Virus record (IMG/VR): IMGVR_UViG_3300031237_000257 | Coordinates: 1-56,567 of that record | DNA length: 56,567 nt | Source: a virus | Taxonomy: Duplodnaviria; Caudoviricetes | Reading direction: 5' to 3' (one strand) | Shown here: positions 27,715-37,432 of the stretch, piece by piece | How the letters are laid out: each line of letters begins with the position of its first letter | Position numbering within the stretch: the first letter of the stretch is position 1 | Notes under the pieces: generated by a model | Databases searched by the model: none | What the model was told of the DNA's origin: nothing | What the model saw: the letters and a program-made list of their open reading frames with translations, nothing else | Made by a program: the position numbers and the translations under genes

Positions 27715-28803
27715 TTATACCAATCCTGCACGCTCGAACGCCAGCGGCTCTAGCCCCTTCATCTGCGTCAGGGTCAGCGGAGTGAAGTTGCGGTCAAGCT
27801 GCAGCTCCGCGAAACGCTGAACGTTCAGACCACCTTCACGAAACAACTTCGCCCGCACGGGACCGATCGCCACATCCTGAAACGTCGCGGGCTGCTGCTG
27901 AAGCCAGTGGTAATAGTCGAGGCTCGCGCTGACCTGGCCCGCGCCATCTGCCCCTACTGAGGCCCGCGTGGCGCCCTTGACGAACAGCTCGCTGAGCTTG
28001 GTCAGCAGAATGAATGTGGTGCGGCAGTTCGGGTGAAACGGCGGTCGAGGGCCAGAGGTAACTGGGAAGCGCCGCTTGTCCATCGAGCGACATTGCTGGC
28101 TGGTCTTGCTATCCAGCGTGGCGACCATTTCGATTTCGGAAACGATATCCGTATTGGCCTTGGCCACTTCCATGCGCGCCTGTGATGACACATGCTGAAT
28201 CGCGGTGTGCACGACCGTGCTGGCATTTCGATTGGTCGTTGCCAGGACGCCGTCCTTGTACCCCGCCGCCTTGGTGCCGCGAATAATGCGGATGACCTGG
28301 AAGTTCGTCTGCCCTTCAAAGAAACCCTGCCGGATCGTGCCCGTGACACGCTCCCGCTCGGCAGTGGCCCAACCTTTGATGAACGACTTCAGCAGCTTCC
28401 CGCCGCCGGTACCGCGCACGCTGAGTGGATTCGTCAGCACCGCCGCTCTGATAGCTGCAGCCGTCGGCGCCGTAACATCAAACGACACGCCGACTGGCGC
28501 AGACCTGGCCAGGCTCGTAGCCTCAAACTCAGCTTCGTAGTTGGCAATGTCGATCAGATCGAGATTCAGCTGCACGCTGTAGCGGTCGAAGATGCCCAGC
28601 AGTAGGCTATCAACTTCCTTCAGCAGTGCTTCCAGGCGCGTCGTGTTGTACTCGGTCAGGTCCGACTGGGTGAGCCGTCCGCGGATCGAGCGATCAATCT
28701 CCTTGAGGAAAGGTGCGAACTTGCCGGCCTCCCCCGCCTTCAGCTTTTCGAGGAAGACCGCATGCCGGATCGTGGCGTCAAGGATTGCTTGGTTTGCCGC
28801 CAT
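27715..28803 (-). CDS. Minor head protein (SPP1 gp7 / Mu F-like)
   Basis: VATLDSKTSQQC and PPFHPNCRT motifs. Confidence 0.9.
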   Translation of the reverse strand: MAANQAILDATIRHAVFLEKLKAGEAGKFAPFLKEIDRSIRGRLTQSDLTEYNTTRLEALLKEVDSLLLGIFDRYSVQLNLDLIDIANYEAEFEATSLARSAPVGVSFDVTAPTAAAIRAAVLTNPLSVRGTGGGKLLKSFIKGWATAERERVTGTIRQGFFEGQTNFQVIRIIRGTKAAGYKDGVLATTNRNASTVVHTAIQHVSSQARMEVAKANTDIVSEIEMVATLDSKTSQQCRSMDKRRFPVTSGPRPPFHPNCRTTFILLTKLSELFVKGATRASVGADGAGQVSASLDYYHWLQQQPATFQDVAIGPVRAKLFREGGLNVQRFAELQLDRNFTPLTLTQMKGLEPLAFERAGLV

Positions 28804-30193
28804 TCAATATGTCCTCGTCGTCCAAGCCCAGGCCGTCGCTCTGCTCTTGCAGCTCGCCATCGATCTGCTGGTCTGTGCGCTCCGGGGCAATCAAGCCCAG
28901 TTTGCGCAGGTAAGACCGCAGATCCGCCTTCGCGAATCCGCCGTTTTGCCACAAGCCAACCAAGGCCGTGATCATCTGTGGATCAGCCGTCAGCTCGACG
29001 AATTCCTGATTGACCTGGTACGCAACCTTGTCGGTGATGCCCATGTAAAGGCCGCACCACATGATCGCCCGGGTGTATGCCTCGCTGACGTTTGCCACGC
29101 AGCCGGCGAGCACCGATGTCGACGCAGATTGATCGCCACGTGACTCGGTAGCCGTTTTGGCAGCCAGAGAAGCGACGACCATGCGAGCGCCCAGTTCGAT
29201 CATCATCTGGTTCTTGTCGGCCATAGCCTCTTTCACCAGCGTGTTCGGTAACGGCTGCGCGTAGCCGAACGCGCCACCGACCGGTAGCAACATTGGCGCC
29301 CGGGAGCCGACGTAGACGCCCTTCTCCTCTAGCAGCTTCACCCACTGCTCGGTCAGCCCGGAAATCCAAGGCTGAGCCTGTCCACACCAGAAGACGCTGT
29401 CTTCGTAGTCCGCACTGTTGCGGTAGTGCCCAAGGTTGATCATCGCGATGTCGTATAGGGGCGACTCGTCGATAGTCGGATCGTTGTTTTGTGCGCCGAT
29501 GAAGGTGAACGGGATTTCCTTGAGGCGTCCGGTAATACCTTCAGGCGTGAATGTATCCGTAACCTCAAGTGGGCCGCCGCCTCTTGGGCCAGAACGGCGC
29601 CAAACCCGACAGACAAACCCTTCCACCTCAAGCGCAAGCTCGCGGAACTGTTCGACGGCTTTGAAGCCGAAGCCGTCCTCAACTTCTATCATTTCGCGCA
29701 GCACAACCAGGGTTAGCACGTTATGGCCGTTCACCATGCCGGTACGCCAGTTGATGATGTCCTCGGCGCAGTAAGACAGAATCACCGAGTGACCTCCCGC
29801 ACCATCATCTTGGTGGTAATCGACGTACAGGCCGTGACGACCCGCCTCAAGAACCTTTTCCAAGGTGCCTTGCGAGTGCTGGTAGATGCTCACCCCGGAC
29901 CCGTTGGCGTTGTCCTGCAAGTACTCCAGCTTTTTCGGCACGGTGAGCGTCGGGTCTTTGTGGAAGGCCAGGCCCAACAAGCCGTTGCGCGTGTGGCCAG
30001 TAGCATTCTTGAACACTGCTCGCTCACGGTAAGCCTTGTTTCGATCGGCGTTCTCCGGCGACTTGTCGTGCGCGTTGATGTACGGCAGGCGAGAAACCAC
30101 CCGGTGCTGGCCGGCGCAGACATCACGCACGGTTGCCCAGCGGTCCAGCACTTCGATGTAGTCCGCCCGTTTGAAGGAAACGTCGTTGCTCAT
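28778..30193 (-). CDS. Portal protein (DUF4055-like)
   Basis: Follows TerL with ATGA overlap; YRERAVFKN, NLGHYRNSADYE. Confidence 0.88.
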   Translation of the reverse strand: MSNDVSFKRADYIEVLDRWATVRDVCAGQHRVVSRLPYINAHDKSPENADRNKAYRERAVFKNATGHTRNGLLGLAFHKDPTLTVPKKLEYLQDNANGSGVSIYQHSQGTLEKVLEAGRHGLYVDYHQDDGAGGHSVILSYCAEDIINWRTGMVNGHNVLTLVVLREMIEVEDGFGFKAVEQFRELALEVEGFVCRVWRRSGPRGGGPLEVTDTFTPEGITGRLKEIPFTFIGAQNNDPTIDESPLYDIAMINLGHYRNSADYEDSVFWCGQAQPWISGLTEQWVKLLEEKGVYVGSRAPMLLPVGGAFGYAQPLPNTLVKEAMADKNQMMIELGARMVVASLAAKTATESRGDQSASTSVLAGCVANVSEAYTRAIMWCGLYMGITDKVAYQVNQEFVELTADPQMITALVGLWQNGGFAKADLRSYLRKLGLIAPERTDQQIDGELQEQSDGLGLDDEDILNGGKPSNP

Positions 30194-31677
30194 CGGGCGT
30201 ATCCCATTTTTATAGAGGTGGCCGGCTTCCTGGCGCTCTTCGCCACAGCGAAGTACCGGAATCCGTCGGAGCCGTGAGAGGTCCAGTCGTGAAGCGGTTT
30301 GTCTTTCCAGCAACCACGCTTGTCGTCCCACTCCTTGCGATAGTTCTCCAGACAGGCGATGCCCTTCTCGCATTTCGACTCATCGAAAACGCAAAGTGGG
30401 AGGATCTCCCGGACCTGCTCAATGCCGTCATTGATGCCAATCTTCGGGACCACCTGGAACGTCATGCAGTACTTCTGCCCGTCGATCTCGTATCCCTCGC
30501 GGGCCAGCTCCCGGCGGGTCTTAGCATCGCTGCCGAACTCACGGTTATCGATGTCATGCGGCCCCCAGTGCTCGGAATAGGTGTAACCCTTGTCCTTGAG
30601 TACCTTCATGTAATGCCGCAGGCCTTCGCCGCTGTTCTCGTAGTAGTCGATGACATGGAATTCTTCGCCGACCTGACGCACGAACCAGATGGCAGTGGAG
30701 TCGCCAACGCCGATATCCCAGAAGGTCATCACCGGTAGGTGACTGTTGTTCGGTATCGCGCCGATGCGCTGCTGGGCGTAAAGCTTGGTCAGCTGCTGGG
30801 CGTAATAGGCGCCTTCAACCGACTGCTGGAAGGCTTCGACAGGTATCGACGGGTATTCCCGCTTCATGTCGTCGCCGAGCGTCTTCTCCTTGGCCGAGTA
30901 CCAGGCGCGCTGGCCGTCGTTCGTGACTATGCCGTGCTTGGCGTGCAGCTCGTTGAAGTAGTCGGTCAAGCGCTGCGGGATGACCACATCAGTGGGGTCA
31001 AGCCGATAGGCTTTGTTCTTCCACCAACTGAAGAAGAAGAATTTCCAGTCCAGCAAGCCCAAGGGCACGCCAGCCAGTTGCTGGCGCTCAGCACTCTGCG
31101 AATAATCGAAAAAGTAGCCGGCCCGGCCTTCCGCCGTCGATTCAATCGTGACGAAGCAGTCGGTGGCCACAGCCTCGAAGGCGCCGGTGACAATCTCACG
31201 GGCCTTGTGAGGGAACTTGGCGCAGATCTTCCCGAACTCGGACACGTGCAGATAACGCAGCGTGCCGCCCCGGAACGACGTGGAAACGTAAATCGAGCCG
31301 CCTTTGCTGAACACCAGCTCGCCAGCCGCATCGTTGCTCGCCGGGTTGGCAGCGCGGATTTCAGCAGGCAGGTTGTCGTAAGCGTACTTCACCTTCTCCC
31401 GGAACAGTCGCTTGGCGTCGTTCAGGGTGTGCGCGATGAGTGCGCACTTGGCCGACTCGAACAGCGCCGCGTCCAATTGGATGATGCAGCACTCAGTGGT
31501 AAAGCCGAGTTGCCGAGCCTTCAGGATAATGTTCCGGGTGTGCATCCCATCGAAGTACTCGATCTGCTCGTCCGTCATCCGGAAGCGGACCTTCTTGCCC
31601 GCCTTGTCCGTGATGAAGTAGAGATTGTTCAGGCGCCAACGCTTGTCCCGGAGCAGCTTCAAGTGCTCGGGCTTCAT
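30190..31677 (-). CDS. terL: Terminase large subunit
   Basis: ILKARQLGFTT, LHVSE, IESTAEG, WDIG, SHGSDGFRY motifs. Confidence 0.95.
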   Translation of the reverse strand: MKPEHLKLLRDKRWRLNNLYFITDKAGKKVRFRMTDEQIEYFDGMHTRNIILKARQLGFTTECCIIQLDAALFESAKCALIAHTLNDAKRLFREKVKYAYDNLPAEIRAANPASNDAAGELVFSKGGSIYVSTSFRGGTLRYLHVSEFGKICAKFPHKAREIVTGAFEAVATDCFVTIESTAEGRAGYFFDYSQSAERQQLAGVPLGLLDWKFFFFSWWKNKAYRLDPTDVVIPQRLTDYFNELHAKHGIVTNDGQRAWYSAKEKTLGDDMKREYPSIPVEAFQQSVEGAYYAQQLTKLYAQQRIGAIPNNSHLPVMTFWDIGVGDSTAIWFVRQVGEEFHVIDYYENSGEGLRHYMKVLKDKGYTYSEHWGPHDIDNREFGSDAKTRRELAREGYEIDGQKYCMTFQVVPKIGINDGIEQVREILPLCVFDESKCEKGIACLENYRKEWDDKRGCWKDKPLHDWTSHGSDGFRYFAVAKSARKPATSIKMGYAR

Positions 31678-31678
31678 G

Positions 31679-32278
31679 TCAGGCTTCCTTCGATAGCTCG
31701 TCCATCAGGGTAGAGAGTTCATCGGCATCAGCGGATTTCTCTTTTTCGTCCAGGCCGAACGCTTGGCGTTCCAGAACTTGGAGGTTCTTCATCGCCGAGG
31801 AAAGCTGGAACAGGGTTTTTGAGTTGCTTGGTAGCGCTACGGCGGCAAGCATTGAGGCGCGGCGCATGCCGTTGTTGTCCTCGTCCGTCTCATCGATGAT
31901 CGCGTCTTCGATCTCTTCGCGGCGCTGGATGGTGTTGAGCAAATCATCCATAAGCAGGTTCGCGAGATTCGTAGCCTTGCGAATGTCTCTGCGATGGCTG
32001 CGAACCACCCGAGCGCCCTCTTCTGCTGCCTCTTCGATGATCTCGGCATCAAGTTCGCAGTTCGCGCCTTGGTCGTTGCGAACCTCGCCGCGAACTAGCT
32101 TGCTGCGAACCTCTTTCCGCACCTGGTCAGAAAGGTCTCTCTCCCATCCGTGAGCCTTCGCTCTCTTCCGGATTGCGGTGTCACTTACACCCTGACGCTC
32201 TGCGATGGTTCTGATGGAGAGCGACCCAGCCCGGTAGGCGCGCTCGATTGCCTCCCAGTCGGGTTGCTTGGTGCTCAT
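31679..32278 (-). CDS. terS: Terminase small subunit
   Basis: N-terminal HTH PDWEAIERAYRAG...AIRKRAK; upstream of terL. Confidence 0.88.
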   Translation of the reverse strand: MSTKQPDWEAIERAYRAGSLSIRTIAERQGVSDTAIRKRAKAHGWERDLSDQVRKEVRSKLVRGEVRNDQGANCELDAEIIEEAAEEGARVVRSHRRDIRKATNLANLLMDDLLNTIQRREEIEDAIIDETDEDNNGMRRASMLAAVALPSNSKTLFQLSSAMKNLQVLERQAFGLDEKEKSADADELSTLMDELSKEA

Positions 32279-32349
32279 AGATCTATCTCTTGCGCTTGAA
32301 ATAGTGGCTGTTTGCCGGTATTGGTGCTTTTTTATCTAGGAATATTTGC

Positions 32350-32883
32350 ATGGCGCTTTCAATACCTGCAGCCGCTCGATCCTTCATTCGTATCTCAGTT
32401 CAAGGAGCCGGGGTCGCAGCGCTCATCACCATTGCTTACACGATGTGGAACGACTCAAAAGTGGAGTCATCTGCTAACGGGGAGACCAAAGCGCTACTTA
32501 CTATCACTACTAAACAGCTTGAAGAGAGCAAGGCTGAGAACCTGAAGCTACAAGATGAGAAAAAACAGGCGCAGTCAACGGCGGATAATCTCTATCAGCA
32601 GTTACTCAATGAGCAGGTCGATAACAAATACACCAAGAAGCTCTTGGGGGAGGCGAACACAAAGATCAGAACCCAAGAACTCCAACTTGAGCAATTAGCC
32701 AGGCTAGCGAAGTCAACTGACCCTTGTGCCGAAGTAAAACTTCAGATCTCAGAAATAGAGAAGCTGCTTCGACGCCCGAGCTACGATGCGTTTGCTCCAC
32801 AAGGCGAACAACGAGACCAGCTGGCTGTGACTCTTCACGAAAAAAACAATACATTGAATATCTGCTTGGGCGCTCGCGGATGA
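32350..32883 (+). CDS. Antisense moron, TM anchor plus coiled coil
   Basis: Hydrophobic N-terminal helix, heptads, two Cys near C-terminus. Confidence 0.78.
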   Translation: MALSIPAAARSFIRISVQGAGVAALITIAYTMWNDSKVESSANGETKALLTITTKQLEESKAENLKLQDEKKQAQSTADNLYQQLLNEQVDNKYTKKLLGEANTKIRTQELQLEQLARLAKSTDPCAEVKLQISEIEKLLRRPSYDAFAPQGEQRDQLAVTLHEKNNTLNICLGARG

Positions 32884-32931
32884 TCATAGATGGCGCGACA
32901 CGATTTGATGATTCGCGAAACGTGTCGCTGA

Positions 32932-33264
32932 CTACTCAGGCTTGCGGCTCGGCAACTTGAAGTCAGTCACCCGGTCAGCGATGTCGCGGATCTTTTCCAC
33001 ACCCAGGAAGCCAACCCAGCCACCGGCAAAGGTGGCCATGCTCTGGGGTAGACCGAAGAAATCCAGACCACTGATGATCGTCAGGGTCAGGCCTCCGCAG
33101 ATCGCACCCTCCACCAGCATCTGACGCCGAGTGCCACCACCGTATGTGATTCGAAACACAGCCATGGCACAGGACAGTCCAGCGGCGAAGAGAATCGGCG
33201 AATGCTGGCTCAACCACGCAAGCGCAATCGCCCAGGTATCTGGTTTGTCTGGCATGTTTGGCAT
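32932..33264 (-). CDS. Holin, lambda S family
   Basis: Three TM segments, GGWVGFLGVEKIR, two possible starts (MPNM). Confidence 0.9.
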   Translation of the reverse strand: MPNMPDKPDTWAIALAWLSQHSPILFAAGLSCAMAVFRITYGGGTRRQMLVEGAICGGLTLTIISGLDFFGLPQSMATFAGGWVGFLGVEKIRDIADRVTDFKLPSRKPE

Positions 33265-33688
33265 CTCGGTTCCTCCCCGTCAGGGAGCGGTGATCTGTTG
33301 GCAGGCGATTGCCTGCGGATTTGAATCAGCTCCAACAGCACTCCCAGCTCAGAGCGATGGGTGTGGTGGAGCCGAAAACGAAAAAGCCCCTGCAGATGCA
33401 GAGGCTTGAATGAGGCGCTCTCTGAGGGGGTCGATTGCAGACTTAAGGCCGTTGGAAAAATTTGCATCGGGGAAAGCGATATCCAAGCTTATCTAGCAGA
33501 CGATATAGAAATTCCATGTGGGATTCCGGTTGAGCAAAAAAGCTCGCCGCGATGAGCCTGAAGCATTTCCCGCGCAGCTACACCGCCAAGTGGTTCAGAG
33601 AATAATGGAAATACGACAGCTTGCTGCTACCGTCAAATCGGCAGAGTAGTTCGTCTGCGAAATTAATACCTAGATCAAGGGGACTGCA

Positions 33689-34171
33689 ATGAAGCCAGAC
33701 CTGCTAGATTCAGAAATCCGCGCCGTAATGTTGGCGATTGATCAAGAACAACTGTATATCCATGCGTCTTGGTGCTTCTGGCATGAGGGAGTGAGACTTT
33801 TCGACGATTCTTATCCTGGTAACTTCCAACCGACAAATGGGAAGTATGGACTTAGAGCAGTATGCGCAGATAAGCAGTCGCACAACGGCTATGCCCAAAG
33901 CCTTATCAATAACTCATCCAACAACGAACTCCAAGGGGCGTTTTTCCGTACATCACAAAGAGTTGAAAGCGATCATCAGCTTTCAACACACTTTCGCTGG
34001 GTTGCTTACCACGAGAGCATGAGGCGCAGTTTTTTAGATTTGGCCGCACAGATGAACTTTTCCCAAATTAGAAGCGACTACCACGATTACCAAGCTCACA
34101 ACTCTAACGCTAAAAACTTGCTTTCGTGTATAAGCAATTATCAGCTAAACCTAATGATTGATGCCCTTTAA
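33689..34171 (+). CDS. Antisense moron, hypothetical protein
   Basis: AAGGGG RBS, AT-rich, terminator 34171-34202. Confidence 0.78.
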   Translation: MKPDLLDSEIRAVMLAIDQEQLYIHASWCFWHEGVRLFDDSYPGNFQPTNGKYGLRAVCADKQSHNGYAQSLINNSSNNELQGAFFRTSQRVESDHQLSTHFRWVAYHESMRRSFLDLAAQMNFSQIRSDYHDYQAHNSNAKNLLSCISNYQLNLMIDAL

Positions 34172-34216
34172 AAAATAGCCCGGCACAGTGGCCGGGCTCT
34201 TAATTAGAAGTAATCA

Positions 34217-34414
34217 TCAGGGTTTAGGATGCTTGCTTACTACCGAGTTGGCGGCATCCACATCTGCCATCTCTTCGTCGATAAGTGCATCGTCATCCGC
34301 AGGAAACGGAACCTCGGCCTGATTACTTTTAGGTTCACTGCCTATTTCGTTGTGCGTGCTGCTCGTTACGCCCTTCTGAGAAATGTTGCCCGGCGCATTT
34401 TCATCAATGTCCAT
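34217..34414 (-). CDS. Small acidic hypothetical protein
   Basis: GGAGAG RBS before MDIDENAPGN. Confidence 0.6.
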   Translation of the reverse strand: MDIDENAPGNISQKGVTSSTHNEIGSEPKSNQAEVPFPADDDALIDEEMADVDAANSVVSKHPKP

Positions 34415-34556
34415 GCTCGCTCTCCGTTCTGACGCGCGGAATGCCCGTGCTTGAACTTGAGAGGTGGCAGAGCATTGCAAGTGCCGAGCTTTGGACCAAC
34501 GGCGGACACAAAAAAGCCCAGCGGTTGAGCCAGGCTTCAAAATCCATTATGCGATT

Positions 34557-34820
34557 TCACGTCGATCTAGCGAAAGAGTTCCACTCTTCAATAGCGTCGT
34601 CTGCCGCAGACTTATGCTTTCGGATCGCATTTTGCTGCTCGTCAACAAAGTCGCTGATGCAGGTTTTGTACTCTTCGGTATCAGCAACGAACTGGTCGCG
34701 CTGATACTGATCTTCAAATTCGTACGGAACATCTGGTTGGTCACAGTCATGAGATGGCGGGTATGAGTCCGCGTATGCGAGGGGCGAGAGCAGTGTTCCA
34801 ATCAATAGGAGGGTTCGCAT
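34557..34820 (-). CDS. Small secreted protein
   Basis: Signal peptide ending AYA, two Cys, helical acidic mature part. Confidence 0.75.
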   Translation of the reverse strand: MRTLLLIGTLLSPLAYADSYPPSHDCDQPDVPYEFEDQYQRDQFVADTEEYKTCISDFVDEQQNAIRKHKSAADDAIEEWNSFARST

Positions 34821-34837
34821 CTTCCATGCCTCACATA

Positions 34838-34933
34838 AAGAAGCCCGACTTCGTGCCGGGCTTTACTGTGCAACCTCAACGCGCAAGATCGACAGGATGG
34901 GTAAATATTCTCTCACTTTCTCACTCATTGCAA
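34838..34933 (-). promoter_or_regulatory. Late promoter pR' and terminator tR'
   Basis: TTGCAA-N17-GAATAT just after Q-like gene; AGTGAGA direct repeat in spacer; hairpin 34841-34863 plus U-rich tail. Confidence 0.65.
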
Positions 34934-34943
34934 TGGCTATTTG

Positions 34944-35489
34944 CTACGCCGCGCAACTTTCGATCAAGCCCTCTGTATCCAGCAGTTCTTGAGCCGCTGT
35001 GAGCGCTTCATTTACCTGGTCGTCCAGCGCCTTGCGGATGTTCGAGCGCCACCGATAACGGGTCGATTCCGGCTTGCCGTCGTTGTCCCAATTGGTGATG
35101 TCGTACCACGCCGCAGGTAAGACTGCGACGGAACGCTTGCCCTCTGCGCCAGCCACTTGCGGGATTGCCCAGGTCAGCACCGCGCATTCACGGAAGCGCT
35201 TTGGTGCAGGCGACTGGGCCGTCTTGATCAGCTCAAGAATCGCCCCATGCTTGCGCTCGTCATGCGTTGAATACTTCGCGACCAGTGCCCGCCAGTGCAC
35301 TGCCGACAGCGACTTGTGCAGCCGGCCGAACACCCAGCAGTCGGTAAGGAATGCAGCCTCTTTACCGACGATCTCACCCTTCTGTTTGGTGCACTGCACC
35401 TTGGGCTCAAAGTCGCAGCCGCCGGCGGAGTTGATGGTTTCGGCGGCGAGCGCCCGGACAACTGCGGATACCACATTGCGATAGGTCAT
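34944..35489 (-). CDS. Q-like late antiterminator (putative)
   Basis: Position after ninG and before pR'-like promoter; C-terminal HTH-like ESTRYRWR. Confidence 0.65.
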   Translation of the reverse strand: MTYRNVVSAVVRALAAETINSAGGCDFEPKVQCTKQKGEIVGKEAAFLTDCWVFGRLHKSLSAVHWRALVAKYSTHDERKHGAILELIKTAQSPAPKRFRECAVLTWAIPQVAGAEGKRSVAVLPAAWYDITNWDNDGKPESTRYRWRSNIRKALDDQVNEALTAAQELLDTEGLIESCAA

Positions 35490-36067
35490 GCTGCTCTCCC
35501 CTTCAGCTCTCTTGTCTTTGCCCGATACTCGGCGGTCATCGCCTTCAGTTCTTCGACGGTGTACTTCTTCGGCTCATGCGGGCCTTCCAGCCACTCGACC
35601 TGCTCGGCGCCGATCCGCTTAACCAGTGCGATGCGGTAATTAACGATGTTTCCGGACAGCTGGGTGTTGCACGGCGAGCACTGGCGGTGGCAGTTCAGCG
35701 GCTCGAAGCGCAATGCAGGGTTGCTGCCCACGGTGCGGTAATGCCCCGCGTCGTATTTGCCCTGGTGGTGGCGACCGCAACTGATGCACGGCAACTCGGC
35801 GTCTCGCTCGCGGACCCAGGCATTGAAGGCAATCTGCGTGTCCTTGAGGTGCTCGGCCCGACTCTTCAGCTTCTCCTTGCGAACCTTGATCTCTTTGCGC
35901 TCGATCTGGGCCAGCGACTTGCGTGCCTTCTCCTGATTCACATCCTTGATCGCCAGGCCGCACTTTGGGCTACACACCGCCTGACCCAGGCGTTGGGGCG
36001 AGAAGCTGACGCCGCACGCCGGGTTCTTGCACTTCTTCGGGCGGGGAGGTTTTGGATTGATGCTCAT
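35486..36067 (-). CDS. ninG: NinG/Rap recombination endonuclease
   Basis: CISCG, YDAGHYR, LRFEPLNCHRQCSPCN. Confidence 0.93.
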   Translation of the reverse strand: MSINPKPPRPKKCKNPACGVSFSPQRLGQAVCSPKCGLAIKDVNQEKARKSLAQIERKEIKVRKEKLKSRAEHLKDTQIAFNAWVRERDAELPCISCGRHHQGKYDAGHYRTVGSNPALRFEPLNCHRQCSPCNTQLSGNIVNYRIALVKRIGAEQVEWLEGPHEPKKYTVEELKAMTAEYRAKTRELKGRAA

Positions 36068-36651
36068 GCGTAACTCCCCAACTGATCAGCGGCAGACAGC
36101 GCGTCAGCTTCATTCTCGAAGTGTGCGGACAACACCAACCGCCAGCAGGCGTTGAAGACGTCGCGGTAAAGTGGTTCGAAAGCGGTATCGTCCATGTTTG
36201 CCCAACTGATCGACTTCGCCTCTTTGCGGATTCCTTCAGGCGTGTGCACCAAGTGGAAGTGGCCGGCCTCGATCGTCACCCACTCACGGAAAGCTTCGCG
36301 GGACTTGTCCACGGCCGGAAAACGCTCGGCACGAGCCGACTCAAGGCCCGCGACGTATGCCGCGACAGCGTCCGACAGTTGCCCGGGCTTGCCGCTTTGC
36401 GCTTCGAAGAACTTGGCCAGTCCTCGAATGCCCCGCATCTCTTGGCGCGGAATCAGTCCGCCCACCGGCTCCCAGTACTCCCAAGCCAGGTCGAGCATCG
36501 AGAAGAACTTGCCGTGGAACTTGCCGTTGCGCATGCGGGTGAACTTGCCGTGAATGATCTGTCCAGCCTTCCACCTCTGGACTGTTTCGCGATCGGCTTC
36601 CGTGGCCGGCACCAACCCCTGGGCTGTGCGGATCAATGCGAGTTCAGCCAT
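36064..36651 (-). CDS. DUF1367-like protein
   Basis: RNGKFHGKFF, AFREWVTIEAG, KSISWANMD motifs. Confidence 0.8.
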   Translation of the reverse strand: MAELALIRTAQGLVPATEADRETVQRWKAGQIIHGKFTRMRNGKFHGKFFSMLDLAWEYWEPVGGLIPRQEMRGIRGLAKFFEAQSGKPGQLSDAVAAYVAGLESARAERFPAVDKSREAFREWVTIEAGHFHLVHTPEGIRKEAKSISWANMDDTAFEPLYRDVFNACWRLVLSAHFENEADALSAADQLGSYA

Positions 36652-37432
36652 GGGATGCCTCCTTGCGTTGTGCTGCTGCGAGGGCTACTCGAAATCTACG
36701 TTTACGCAGGTATGTGTCGACTCGATCTGCTTGGGACTTCTTGAGTCGCTCGCGCTTCTGTTGGGCCTTCGCCGCATCGACGATCTGGCGCACTTCAGCG
36801 AGCTTCTCGCGCAGGTGCGGTGACGCCTTTGCTTCGGAACCGGTCAGCAGCCCGGCGATAGCTTGGCCATCGTTCGTGATGGGCGCGATGCGCAGTTCAG
36901 CCAGGTACTGGGTGCCAGCCTGTTGAGTGATCAGTTGCATACGGACCGCCGACTCGATCGCAGTTACCCGGCGGGCGGGATCAAGCCCGAGGGAAACACT
37001 CCAAGTGGTCGGTTTGGCTTCAGCCCTAGCCGCGGACACCAGTCGCTCGTATGCACTGTTGAACGCCATCCGTGCACCAACTACGTCTCGACGACTCAAG
37101 ATCGGCTGCGCAGCAACCATCGCTTGGCGTATCTCAGCGGTCATCACCACTGTTTCTGATTCGTCCCCAGCGGTAAGCGCAATAGACCACGCCTCGTCTT
37201 TACCCGGACGGCCATCGACGGCCTGTACCCGATGCAACACCGCAGCCAGTGTCAGCTTGCCTGTCAGTTCTCGGCGGCACGCCTGAAGCGCTTTGCGGAT
37301 GTCAGTCGGAGCGAACACGGCGAGATCTTCAGCCATCAACTCCGCAGCCGTGGCACTGATGGTCTGGCCTAAGGTCTCGGCGGTGGCGCAGATTGCGCCG
37401 GCAAGTTGTGCGCGGTCGTCAGAGGAAAGCAT
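36644..37432 (-). CDS. Replication protein (P-position, putative helicase loader)
   Basis: Directly after initiator; DGRPGKDEAWSIAL. Confidence 0.65.
   Translation of the reverse strand: MLSSDDRAQLAGAICATAETLGQTISATAAELMAEDLAVFAPTDIRKALQACRRELTGKLTLAAVLHRVQAVDGRPGKDEAWSIALTAGDESETVVMTAEIRQAMVAAQPILSRRDVVGARMAFNSAYERLVSAARAEAKPTTWSVSLGLDPARRVTAIESAVRMQLITQQAGTQYLAELRIAPITNDGQAIAGLLTGSEAKASPHLREKLAEVRQIVDAAKAQQKRERLKKSQADRVDTYLRKRRFRVALAAAQRKEASHG

Noticed and set aside
33530-33610. GGCGGTGTAGCT on minus strand, resembling a tRNA 5' end in a slot where prophages often carry tRNAs
   Set aside because: No cloverleaf, T-loop or acceptor stem can be formed
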